A stretch of DNA of 64,000 nt from a virus: the IMG/VR virus record IMGVR_UViG_3300017917_003143, positions 2,095 to 66,094 of that record. One strand, 5' to 3'. Made by a program: the position numbers and the translations under genes. Below the pieces are notes generated by a model. That model had not been told where the DNA came from. It saw only the letters and a program-made list of their open reading frames with translations, and ran no database searches. The stretch's first letter is position 1; each line of letters begins with the position of its first letter. Of this stretch, positions 37,322 to 46,365 are shown in pieces.

Positions 37322-37762
37322 ATGACTAAACTTACATCTCTAGATCTCACACCTTTCTACCGCCAAGCTATTGGCATTGACAGCCTATTCGATAGACTCA
37401 TGCACAATATCGATGTGGCCAGCTCACAGGCCAATAACTATCCTCCCTACAATATCATTAAAACTGGTGAGGACGCCTATCAAATCCAGATAGCAATCGC
37501 AGGATTTGCCGAAGGTGAAGTGGAGATCAATTTCCACGAAGGACAGCTCGTGATCACTGGTGAAAAGAACACAGATGACAGCGACACACAATATCTACAT
37601 CGAGGTATCAGTGCCCGCAAATTCATCCGTACTTTCCAACTCAGCGATTATGTAGAGGTCAAAGAAGCCGCTATGAAAGATGGTATTTTGACAGTGAGCC
37701 TGCAACGCATTGTGCCCGAAGAAATGAAGCCAAAGCGTATTGCAATCTCCTACGCAAAATAA
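37322..37762 (+). CDS. ibpA: small heat shock protein Hsp20 (IbpA-like)
   Basis: Near full-length match to IbpA architecture: LTPFYRQAIG...YPPYNI...IAIAGFAE...alpha-crystallin domain...KPKRIAI. Confidence 0.95.
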   Translation: MTKLTSLDLTPFYRQAIGIDSLFDRLMHNIDVASSQANNYPPYNIIKTGEDAYQIQIAIAGFAEGEVEINFHEGQLVITGEKNTDDSDTQYLHRGISARKFIRTFQLSDYVEVKEAAMKDGILTVSLQRIVPEEMKPKRIAISYAK

Positions 37763-37823
37763 TATAATAGCGTAAATACAGTGGAGGGCATGTTGCTCTC
37801 CACTCACTTACCAAGGGAAAAAG

Positions 37824-38138
37824 ATGTCAGATACTGCAACCCAGACAAAAACTACAATAAAACCCAGAGAGGATCTCAAAGAGCCTCCGATGTTCAAGGT
37901 GATCTATCTTAACGATAATCAAACTGCCATGGAATTTGTTATAGGAAGTCTGATTGAGCATTTTGATTACAGTCCTGTGACTGCTGAAAAACTCACGATA
38001 GATATCCACGAAGAAGGCTCAGCAGTGGTAGCTGTATTGCCATATGAACTGGCCGAACAAAAAGGCATCGAAGTCACTGTGACAGCCCGCAGTGCAGGCT
38101 ATCCTTTACAAGTCAAGCTCGAGCCTGAATCAGCTTAA
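37824..38138 (+). CDS. clpS: ClpS adaptor protein (N-end rule)
   Basis: PPMFKVIYLNDNQTAMEFVI matches the ClpS core (YKVILLNDDYTPMEFV). 104 aa. Confidence 0.8.
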   Translation: MSDTATQTKTTIKPREDLKEPPMFKVIYLNDNQTAMEFVIGSLIEHFDYSPVTAEKLTIDIHEEGSAVVAVLPYELAEQKGIEVTVTARSAGYPLQVKLEPESA

Positions 38139-38929
38139 ATAACGATCTCTATTCTTTTGGGGTAATACACACTTTTTGACCAAGGTGTGTTTCCTCGGCC
38201 TCGACAGTTGTTGACGTATCTTACACTGCCGCCCAAGTCCGTGTCAACATCACCGTGATAGTGTCCAAAGCACCAAGCCGCGACTTTGTTTTCAGTGTCC
38301 CCGGCCAGTGATCTTAATATGTAGGCATTGCCTGTGGTATTCATGCGATAGGTATCACTGAGCTCAAGATCGTGATTGACCAGTTCTAACATGGGCACAG
38401 TATGTGTGACCAACACTATCTTTTTCACGTCACGATAGGTCTGTAATCGCTGTACAGATTTGGCCAAGTAAGAAAAATCTTGTAGTGCCATGGCTTCAAT
38501 GGCATCGGCTATCTGCCGTGTGGTTTGATATCTATCTTGGAACCAGAGTTTGGTTTGATCGTAATCAATATGGGCATCAAGATCATAGGTCCACCATCCG
38601 TTGGTCCCTAAGAAAGCCACACCGTCTATGATGCATACATTGTCCTGTAGATAGGTAACATTGGGTATGTTTTCCAATTCTTCGGCCAGGCTCTTGTAAC
38701 TTTCACCAAGATCGTCTAAACTATAACGATGTTCATCATTGCCATCGATAAAAAATACGGCTCGATAGCACTCACCCAAGTGGCGCAAAGTATCTACCAA
38801 TATAGTCCGGTCTCTGCTGACATCTCCAGCTACCACACACATAGGGCTGGTGGCCATGCCAGTCCAGTCTATGGGCTCGTCCCATGTTTCGACATGTAAG
38901 TCTGAAATTAAATCAAATGCAAGTTTCAT
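38135..38929 (-). CDS. calcineurin-like metallophosphoesterase
   Basis: GDVSRDR, GNDEHR and GHYHGD metal-binding motifs in canonical order. Confidence 0.7.
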   Translation of the reverse strand: MKLAFDLISDLHVETWDEPIDWTGMATSPMCVVAGDVSRDRTILVDTLRHLGECYRAVFFIDGNDEHRYSLDDLGESYKSLAEELENIPNVTYLQDNVCIIDGVAFLGTNGWWTYDLDAHIDYDQTKLWFQDRYQTTRQIADAIEAMALQDFSYLAKSVQRLQTYRDVKKIVLVTHTVPMLELVNHDLELSDTYRMNTTGNAYILRSLAGDTENKVAAWCFGHYHGDVDTDLGGSVRYVNNCRGRGNTPWSKSVYYPKRIEIVI

Positions 38930-38953
38930 GATACATATTTAAAAGGAAATTAT

Positions 38954-39328
38954 ATGCACATAATATTTGGCAGCCAGTCTGCACAAGAAGCCTCGGAAAA
39001 ATACACAGTATTGCCCCTGGATCAGATACAGATAGAACCCAACGGTCCTGTTATTGATACCTACTGTATCATTGAAAAAGAACAGGTCACCTTGGAAGAA
39101 ATTGGGCAGATGGAAAATTTTTCTAAACTGCATGTCAAGCTCATGGAAAATTATCGCAAAAAGAATTGGAACTTTTGTGAACAAGCCTTGGAACACTTGC
39201 ATGGTCGTTGGGGTGGCACAGTAAACACATTCTACGATGAAATTTCTCGCAGAGTAGCTAAGTACAAAGAACAGGACCCAGGTCCGGATTGGAACGGCGT
39301 TTATGAAAAATACAATCGCGGCAATTAG
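38954..39328 (+). CDS. hypothetical protein
   Basis: 124 aa. RBS AAGGAAAT. Confidence 0.45.
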   Translation: MHIIFGSQSAQEASEKYTVLPLDQIQIEPNGPVIDTYCIIEKEQVTLEEIGQMENFSKLHVKLMENYRKKNWNFCEQALEHLHGRWGGTVNTFYDEISRRVAKYKEQDPGPDWNGVYEKYNRGN

Positions 39329-39695
39329 TGTCGCACTTGCACTATCGGCCTGCGCATTATTTCCCAGTTATTTTGACACCAACGAGCAAGCTCGTATCAC
39401 TGATATCATCCTGCTGAGCCAGGATGATTCTGTTTGTAGCCAACCAAACATAGCCACCATCGCACAAGATATAGATCATTCTGCACAGTGGTTGAAAATA
39501 TACAGTGCATCGATCCCACGCAACAATGCACTCACAGACATGACACGCAATCTTGCGGCAGTGACACAGGATTTCAAAAACAGTTACAAACGAGATAAAC
39601 CACCCAGTCAGTTTTATTGTAAATCCAAGATAAAAATAATAAATGAGGCCACGACTCGCATGCTCGAAGTCAGTGGAAGGAGACCCAGATCATGA
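39303..39695 (+). CDS. lipoprotein
   Basis: Signal peptide with lipobox LALSAC. First gene of the curli-like block. Confidence 0.5.
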   Translation: MKNTIAAISVALALSACALFPSYFDTNEQARITDIILLSQDDSVCSQPNIATIAQDIDHSAQWLKIYSASIPRNNALTDMTRNLAAVTQDFKNSYKRDKPPSQFYCKSKIKIINEATTRMLEVSGRRPRS

Positions 39696-39934
39696 GCTTA
39701 ATAGATGTAGTTAATAATTTTTGCAACAGCGAAGGCGAGCTTGGCAATCGTGTTCGCATGGCAGTGAGTTATCGAGATGCCTTGGCACGAGGAGATATCG
39801 ATGATGCTGAGTACCAAGAATTATTGGTTGATTTACAAAGATTAGAGAACATACAACTCAAGGCCGCCGAACTTGATGCGCAAATCGCGTTCAATGAATG
39901 CATTGAATTGCTGAAAAATCTTCCAATTAGATAG
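39692..39934 (+). CDS. hypothetical small protein
   Basis: 80 aa acidic helical ORF with ATGA overlap. Confidence 0.4.
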   Translation: MSLIDVVNNFCNSEGELGNRVRMAVSYRDALARGDIDDAEYQELLVDLQRLENIQLKAAELDAQIAFNECIELLKNLPIR

Positions 39935-40017
39935 TCTTTTCTTGTTCTAGATTAAAAGCCCGGATAACATTTGTCTGTCTCCGATTAAATAATGTAGTCG
40001 AAGTCTAGGAGCAGACT

Positions 40018-40464
40018 ATGAACAAATGGCTGGTCGCCATAATAACAAATCTGATAATGACCAGCATCGCAGTAAGTGGTGAGCTGGTACATCAATTCAA
40101 TAGCCCGTCCTTTAGTGGTCAAGGCTACAGTTCTCACGTCTTGACAATAGAACAATTAGAAGCCACGAGAAAAAAGGCCATAGCCGATGCACAACGAGCG
40201 GCACAAGACAAAGCCGAACGCGATGCAAAAAATACCAACTTGGCCAAGTTCTTGGTCAACGTTGAAAGTCGTATCTACGCACAGCTTTCCAAACAGTTAG
40301 CAGATGCTATGTTTACCGAAAGTGGTGCGTCATCGGGTGCCATGGATTTCCAAGGTACCAATATCAGTTGGGTCAAGACAGGTACAGATGTCACGCTGAC
40401 CATTATGGAATCCAACGGTAATCGCACAGAGATTACAGTACCTATAGCGAGCTTCAGTTTCTGA
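40018..40464 (+). CDS. csgF: curli assembly protein CsgF-like
   Basis: Signal peptide. Mature N-terminus HQFNSPSFSGQG matches the CsgF QFRNPNFGG motif. Adjacent to csgG. RBS AGGAG. Confidence 0.7.
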   Translation: MNKWLVAIITNLIMTSIAVSGELVHQFNSPSFSGQGYSSHVLTIEQLEATRKKAIADAQRAAQDKAERDAKNTNLAKFLVNVESRIYAQLSKQLADAMFTESGASSGAMDFQGTNISWVKTGTDVTLTIMESNGNRTEITVPIASFSF

Positions 40465-41591
40465 TGAAAAAACTACTCATGATCATGCTCGCTACCGCTC
40501 TCTCAGGTTGTGCCAGTTTTCAAATGGATCTGCTCAAAGAAGAACCAGTGGCCGTGGCGCCAAGGCAAGATCTCATTGCCAAGCTACCTGACCTAGATGG
40601 TCCTCCTATAACCATCGCTGTATACGGATTCCGCGACCTTACAGGACAAAACAAAGCCAACGATAAACTGGCCTTGTTTTCCAAGGCTGTCACCCAAGGC
40701 GCAGAAACATTCCTAATCAAGAGCTTACAGGACAGTAAAAATTGGTTCCGTGTTGTAGAGCGTGTGGGTTTAGATAATCTCATCAAAGAACGACAGCTCA
40801 TACGCAACCAGCGTGAAGTTTATGAAGGAAAAGAAGCCAGGCCTCTCAAGCCACTCACTGTGGCCGGTGTGATGATCGAAGGCGGTATCATCGGGTATGA
40901 TTCAAACATACGCTCAGGTGGTAACGGTGCTCGTTGGTTGGGCATAGGAGCTAGCCAGCAATACAGAGTAGATGAAGTCATAATCAGTTTGAGATTGGTC
41001 AGTATCAACTCGGGCGAAGTTCTAATGTCAACCGCTGTGAGCAAGACCATATATTCCACTGCCCATAATGTGGGAGTGTTCAAGTTCTTTGATCAAGGTA
41101 CCAGGAGCCTTGAGTTAGAGAATGGTGCGGCCTTGAATGAGCCCACCACTTATGCTGTGAGAGTGGCCATTGAGCAAGGTGTTTATGAAATGATCATGGC
41201 CGGAGAGAAGAAGGGACTATGGAGATTCCGTACTGAAAAGCCCGCAGTTTCGATAGCCCCTCCTGCTGTCATTGAGGAGAAAAAAGATGATGTCAAACCT
41301 GTTGCAACAGTTGTTGCGCCCGAAGGCACAGAAAAAACAAGAACGGTCGAAGTTGCACCCGCCGCGGTCGCATCAACTAATGTACGAGTACCTAAAACAC
41401 AAACACGACGAGCTACCGTCGTTGAGTGGAGCAACATTAGAAAAAGCCAAGACATCCAAAGCGAAAAAATAACAAATCTTCGCCCAGGAGTCGAGGTCGA
41501 AATTCTAACAGAAGAAAAAAACTTTTATAACGTCCGGGCGGACGGGAAAGAGGGGTGGGTAGCAAAGCGGTTTATTAAGGCACACCAATAA
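40464..41591 (+). CDS. csgG: curli secretion channel lipoprotein CsgG-like with C-terminal SH3b-like domain
   Basis: Lipobox LSGC. VMIEGGIIGYDSNIRSGGNGARWLGIGASQQYRVDEVIISLRLVSINSGEVL closely matches the E. coli CsgG core. Extra C-terminal SH3-like domain. Confidence 0.95.
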   Translation: MKKLLMIMLATALSGCASFQMDLLKEEPVAVAPRQDLIAKLPDLDGPPITIAVYGFRDLTGQNKANDKLALFSKAVTQGAETFLIKSLQDSKNWFRVVERVGLDNLIKERQLIRNQREVYEGKEARPLKPLTVAGVMIEGGIIGYDSNIRSGGNGARWLGIGASQQYRVDEVIISLRLVSINSGEVLMSTAVSKTIYSTAHNVGVFKFFDQGTRSLELENGAALNEPTTYAVRVAIEQGVYEMIMAGEKKGLWRFRTEKPAVSIAPPAVIEEKKDDVKPVATVVAPEGTEKTRTVEVAPAAVASTNVRVPKTQTRRATVVEWSNIRKSQDIQSEKITNLRPGVEVEILTEEKNFYNVRADGKEGWVAKRFIKAHQ

Positions 41592-41617
41592 AAATTATAA
41601 AGTGCCAGAGGAAAAAA

Positions 41618-42256
41618 ATGAAAATGAAATCAAGTATGACAGGCGCTAGTAAGTTGTCGAGTAAATTACTTACCAACTTCATGTTCATAGCCATGATCAG
41701 CAGTACCACCATGGCGGTGGCCAACGAAGTTTACATAGAGCAGGTAGGAGATAATTCTACCATTGCCATCACACAGGATGGTAGCAGTAATCGTATAGGC
41801 ACAGCATTGAATCCAGCTTATATCGGTTCAGGATCCAACACAGTGACCATAGATCAGATCGGCGGAAGCAACGAATTAGACATGATCGTCAATGGATCAG
41901 CCACAAATGTCACAGTCAGTGTGACAGGTAGCAACAACATACAAACCATTGATTGTGGAACCACTGTGTCTGCTGGATGTAGTGGCAGCTCTATCACGCA
42001 GAACATCACAGGCGATAACAACACGCTGGTCGCCAATCTTGGTGGTGGTGCTAATCATACCAGCACTATGAATGTCACTGGTGATTACAACTCTGTGACA
42101 CATACCAGCACCAATACAGGAACAACATCAGCAAATATCACTGTGAGTGGAAATACCAACACTATAGGAGTCACACAAAGTGGCACGACGGCTAAGAGCG
42201 TTACTGTTAATAGCACTGGCAATCTTAACAATATTACTATCAATCAGACCAACTGA
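41618..42256 (+). CDS. curlin-repeat (CsgA/CsgB-like) secreted amyloid subunit candidate
   Basis: Signal peptide. About 6 imperfect ~20-aa repeats of the form Q-x-G-x-x-N-x...-V/I-x-Q-x-G. Confidence 0.6.
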   Translation: MKMKSSMTGASKLSSKLLTNFMFIAMISSTTMAVANEVYIEQVGDNSTIAITQDGSSNRIGTALNPAYIGSGSNTVTIDQIGGSNELDMIVNGSATNVTVSVTGSNNIQTIDCGTTVSAGCSGSSITQNITGDNNTLVANLGGGANHTSTMNVTGDYNSVTHTSTNTGTTSANITVSGNTNTIGVTQSGTTAKSVTVNSTGNLNNITINQTN

Positions 42257-43280
42257 GGCAGCAGTAGGGCGAGTTTCTGAACAAACTGGCCCTACTGAAA
42301 TAGTTAGAAATCAAAAATCATTGCCCAGCCGGGTTAATACCGCTGTTGAAAGCAATGACACCATAATTACTGCTCGGGCAAGGGCACAGTTGACCTTTGA
42401 CGACAATACCACAGTTAAAATAACTGAACAGAGTAAATTGGTCATTGATGATTTTGTGTATGATCCTCGAAAAGGATCAGGCAAGTTAGCACTCAAAATG
42501 GCGCTGGGCACTGCTAGATATGCATCAGGACAGATAGCCAAAAACAATCCACAACAGGTAGCAGTGAAAACACCCACAGCAAGTATCGCAGTTCGTGGTA
42601 CAGACTTTTCCATGACTGTGGATGAGTTAGGTCGTAGTCTTGTGATGTTGTTGCCTAGCTGTGACAACCGAGGCTGTGTCACGGGTGCTATAGAAGTATC
42701 TAACGAAGCAGGTACTGTGTTATTGGAACAAGCATATCAAGCTACCTTGGTCCGGAGTATATCAACACCACCTACTGCTCCTGTGATCGTTTCTATAGAT
42801 CAAGCCAATATCAATAACTTGTTGATTGTTGCTCCACCGCCACAAATCAAACAAGAAGAAATACAACAGGAAACCAAAACAGCTCTGGACATAAATTTCC
42901 TAAACAAAGACTTCTTAAAATACAATGCTTTAGATGAAGACGAGCTTAAAAAATTCAGCGCATTAGACCAAAATTTTCTTGACGGAGAGTTCCTGGTCAA
43001 TATGTTAGACATCAGCAACGCACAGCTGGCCATGAGCCAAGAACAGTTTGCCATGCAGAATCAGATGTTGCCAGGGTACAATGCAGCCACTGAATTAAAA
43101 TATTACATCGATGCTGATGATGACAGCAAGTTAGTGTTAGATAGATCTGTAGGGCACATCGCTAGAGTCATTGTGAATAGAGAACACAATATGATTCTCA
43201 ATATCACACAAGATGGTGTGGCCATCACACAACCGGTAAACCGTAGCGGTTCTACCACAATTACCATCGTACAAAAATAA
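42180..43280 (+). CDS. FecR-domain secreted protein
   Basis: GTG start gives a textbook signal peptide (RRLRALLLIALAILTILLS...TEA-AVG) overlapping the previous gene's 3' end. FecR-like block ASIAVRGTDFSMTV. Confidence 0.45.
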   Translation: MARRLRALLLIALAILTILLSIRPTEAAVGRVSEQTGPTEIVRNQKSLPSRVNTAVESNDTIITARARAQLTFDDNTTVKITEQSKLVIDDFVYDPRKGSGKLALKMALGTARYASGQIAKNNPQQVAVKTPTASIAVRGTDFSMTVDELGRSLVMLLPSCDNRGCVTGAIEVSNEAGTVLLEQAYQATLVRSISTPPTAPVIVSIDQANINNLLIVAPPPQIKQEEIQQETKTALDINFLNKDFLKYNALDEDELKKFSALDQNFLDGEFLVNMLDISNAQLAMSQEQFAMQNQMLPGYNAATELKYYIDADDDSKLVLDRSVGHIARVIVNREHNMILNITQDGVAITQPVNRSGSTTITIVQK

Positions 43281-43361
43281 AAGCTCATAGAATTTAATCA
43301 ATTTTTGCTGTAAATATTTCTAGCACTCTGATAATCAGAATAACAAAACGGGAGCTAGACA

Positions 43362-45356
43362 ATGAGATTTAAACAACTGCTGATGGCCGCGGCCATCGTT
43401 ATGACTTCGTCGGTGTCTGTGGCGCAAAACGCTATACTGATCAACGAATATGTCAAAGCCGGTGTAAACCAAACAACCGGCACCTTGGGTTCAGGTGGCA
43501 ATACCAATCCAGGCATACAGTATGATAGCACAGGCACAGGCACATTCAATGCCGCTTACGACTACCTAACACCTGGATCACCATTTGAAGGATTCACGGT
43601 CAAACTAGATGGCACATCCTATCGCAACAACAACGCAGGCAACCTTGCGCAGATTACAGGCACCTGGACAGGTACACCCACTGCCTCTAGTGCTGTATGG
43701 GACGGTGCTGTGAGTGGAGTGTTTGGATTGAGACATACCTATACTCTAAACTCTGGACAACAGTGGTTAGGCATACAGACTCGTATCACCGTGAACAATC
43801 CAGTGGCCAATATGTATTTTGCTCGTTACATAGATCCTGATGCACGAGCCGCTGCCGGTGACAGCAGTTCTACAGACAATGTGCGTGGTTACTCTGGTAT
43901 TCCTGGAACTAATGTGATATTCTCTGAAGCTTTGAGTTCGCGTTATGCACTAGGATTGTATACCAGCCAGGCCACAGGAACCAACACTGGGCCCAGCAAC
44001 ACCTGGAGCACTGATCCTCAAACTTATTACACAGGAGGAAGTTACACTGTAGGCCAAGGTGACCATACCATTGGTATCGCTTTTTACAGTGCTGGCTTGT
44101 CAGCCGGTGACATAGTGACTTACAACTATGCTTATATCTTTGGTCCTAACGCATTTGGTGCAGCCACAGTGGCCACTACCTCTTATGATCCCAGTGCCAC
44201 ATTTGCTGTGACTGATGTAGGTTCGGCTACTTCTGCCGCAACCACTCCAAGTGCGCCCACAGTGACTGGTACATCTACAGCAACTATAACAGTGAGCGAT
44301 ACCACTTCAGTGAACACAGCGTTGCCCGTGATCACAGGAGCAGTAGCACACCATGTCGCATCAGAAGCCACTGGAGTACAGACTATCGCTCGTGAAACCA
44401 CTACAACAACTACCACTCCTATGCGTCGTGACGTGGTGACCAAAGTACGCACCACAACTACCTACAGTGACAGTACCACAACAACCAGTGACAGTGCTCC
44501 AAGCACAGCCACTACATACAGCAACAGCGTGTCTTCCAGTGTGGCTAACGACAGTTTCTCTGGACGTGTTGATCAGATGAGTGTGTTGAGTGACTTGAAC
44601 TCTGCTATCAATCGTGGTTTGAACATGAACGCATTCCGCGGTGATGGCATACGAGGAGAAACAGGTACGCTATACATCAATGGTGCTGGTAGCAAGACTT
44701 CAGCGGCCAATGGATATCGTGCCACAGGTGACATCTATGGCATAGGCGCCGCTGTTGATGTGGATCGCGACTGGCGTGTGGGCTTGCAGTACAATCGAGC
44801 GCACACTCGTTTGGATGGTACAGACAGTAACACCAAACAGAACAAAGACCATGTTGGCTTGTTCAGCGTTTACAACATCGAAGGTGCTGTGTTAGAAACC
44901 AACATCGGACATGCTCGCAACACTATCTCAAACAATCGACGCATATCTGGCATAGACTTCTCCAACAGTCACAGTACCAACGGTGCAGACACATGGATCA
45001 GTAATCGTTTGTATTCACCTAGCATAGAAGGATTCCGTCCTTTTGTTGGTTACACCACTGGTCGTAGTACAGTCAATGGCTATAACGAAAACGGTAGCAT
45101 ACAGAGTGCTCGCAGTGTGGCCAAGGTCGCAAATAACTATGACTATGGTGAGTTGGGTGTGCGTTATGATGCCCAGATCAATGATTTTGTGTTGAGCGGA
45201 CAAGTGTCAACTACCACAGACAACTTCAAAACAGCTGGAGTGCGTGTGGCCTACAACGTGACCAAAGACGGACAGATCGCTGTGTCAGGCACACGTCAAG
45301 CCTACAACGATCAGACTACCAATACTGTCACAGTAATGGGTGTGGTTAGATTTTAA
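43362..45356 (+). CDS. Thr-rich secreted/outer-membrane protein (beta-barrel C-terminus)
   Basis: Signal peptide. Poly-Thr linkers. C-terminal alternating-hydrophobic strands ending in aromatic ...VMGVVRF, typical of OMP/autotransporter barrels. Confidence 0.5.
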   Translation: MRFKQLLMAAAIVMTSSVSVAQNAILINEYVKAGVNQTTGTLGSGGNTNPGIQYDSTGTGTFNAAYDYLTPGSPFEGFTVKLDGTSYRNNNAGNLAQITGTWTGTPTASSAVWDGAVSGVFGLRHTYTLNSGQQWLGIQTRITVNNPVANMYFARYIDPDARAAAGDSSSTDNVRGYSGIPGTNVIFSEALSSRYALGLYTSQATGTNTGPSNTWSTDPQTYYTGGSYTVGQGDHTIGIAFYSAGLSAGDIVTYNYAYIFGPNAFGAATVATTSYDPSATFAVTDVGSATSAATTPSAPTVTGTSTATITVSDTTSVNTALPVITGAVAHHVASEATGVQTIARETTTTTTTPMRRDVVTKVRTTTTYSDSTTTTSDSAPSTATTYSNSVSSSVANDSFSGRVDQMSVLSDLNSAINRGLNMNAFRGDGIRGETGTLYINGAGSKTSAANGYRATGDIYGIGAAVDVDRDWRVGLQYNRAHTRLDGTDSNTKQNKDHVGLFSVYNIEGAVLETNIGHARNTISNNRRISGIDFSNSHSTNGADTWISNRLYSPSIEGFRPFVGYTTGRSTVNGYNENGSIQSARSVAKVANNYDYGELGVRYDAQINDFVLSGQVSTTTDNFKTAGVRVAYNVTKDGQIAVSGTRQAYNDQTTNTVTVMGVVRF

Positions 45357-45358
45357 TT

Positions 45359-45529
45359 GTTAACGGCCCCAGTTGATTTTCAACCAAAGTCTTTCGTGTA
45401 CATAGTGGACTATAGTCATCACAATGTTGATGGCTATGGCTCCCTGTATACCGGTGAATGCGGCTGTGACTGCTGTTGCTGTGATACGCCATGAGGCAGC
45501 TCTTACGATTGTTCTCTTGTGTGTTTCCA
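45359..45529 (-). CDS. small membrane protein (DUF2061-like), not in ORF track
   Basis: 57 aa METHKRTIVRAASWRITATAVT...HYVHERLW. GGAG RBS 6 nt upstream on the minus strand. Found by reverse-complementing the sequence by hand. Confidence 0.35.
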
Positions 45530-45545
45530 TTTTTACTCCATTAAA

Positions 45546-45575
45546 AAAGCCCCTTACGGGGCTTTGATTATTTCT
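45546..45575. terminator. bidirectional rho-independent terminator
   Basis: AAAGCCCC-ttac-GGGGCTTT hairpin flanked by T runs on both strands. Sits between convergent genes. Confidence 0.65.
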
Positions 45576-46239
45576 TTCTTATTTCTGTTCGATAATACTG
45601 TTTGGCAGTAAGAATCACAGCACCAACGAATGGCAGTATCTTTTCTACAAAATCATGTAGCGGATCATTCCATTTGTCAATAAAAGGTTCGTGTACTATC
45701 ATATTGCCAGCTACGTAATATAAAACAAACGCACCAATATAAATCGTGCTGGGATATTTATCAAGCAGGCGTGAAACCATGGTGCTACCAAACAAGATGA
45801 TAGGTACGCTGACCAGCAAGCCGATAATGATTAGTGTCCAGTTACCACCTGCGGCTCCTGCAATGGCCAAAGCATTGTCTAGACCCATTACAGCATCTGC
45901 CATCACGATAGTGCCCATAGCACCCCAGAAGGTTGCGGCGGCTCGAACATTACTGTGATCGTTATTGTTTTGGGTAAGTTTCCAAGCAATATAGATCAAC
46001 ATGAGTCCACCGACTAGTCTTAGTCCAGGAATCATTAGCAAATAGGTCAGTGCGGCAACACAGGCAAAGCGCACAGCTACAGCACCAAAGGTACCCCAAA
46101 GCATGGCACGTTTGCGTAGGTGTTCTGGTAGTTGCTTAGACGCCATTGCTATGACGAGTGCGTTTTCACCGCCTAAGACAACGTCTATTAAGATAATGGC
46201 CACAAGAGCCCACAAGAATTGAAGCGAGAGTAATTCCAT
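45568..46239 (-). CDS. TerC-family integral membrane protein
   Basis: 223 aa with ~7 TM helices. Conserved TerC blocks (GENALVIAMA; DNALAIAGA). Confidence 0.75.
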   Translation of the reverse strand: MELLSLQFLWALVAIILIDVVLGGENALVIAMASKQLPEHLRKRAMLWGTFGAVAVRFACVAALTYLLMIPGLRLVGGLMLIYIAWKLTQNNNDHSNVRAAATFWGAMGTIVMADAVMGLDNALAIAGAAGGNWTLIIIGLLVSVPIILFGSTMVSRLLDKYPSTIYIGAFVLYYVAGNMIVHEPFIDKWNDPLHDFVEKILPFVGAVILTAKQYYRTEIRKK

Positions 46240-46365
46240 TTTAGTTCCTTTTAAAATTAAAATGGTCTCGTCTCTTTGTTTGTATACCGGGCTGGGCCGT
46301 GTTGACGATATACAAAGCCCGTTATAGGCTGACTACTCCCCGTCAAATATTTAGTTAAATATCTG

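Noticed and set aside
42318-43280. Shorter TTG start for the FecR-domain gene avoiding overlap with the curlin-repeat gene
   Set aside because: This start would remove the signal peptide from a protein that otherwise looks exported. The overlapping GTG start yields a canonical signal peptide, so the longer model was preferred, though unproven.
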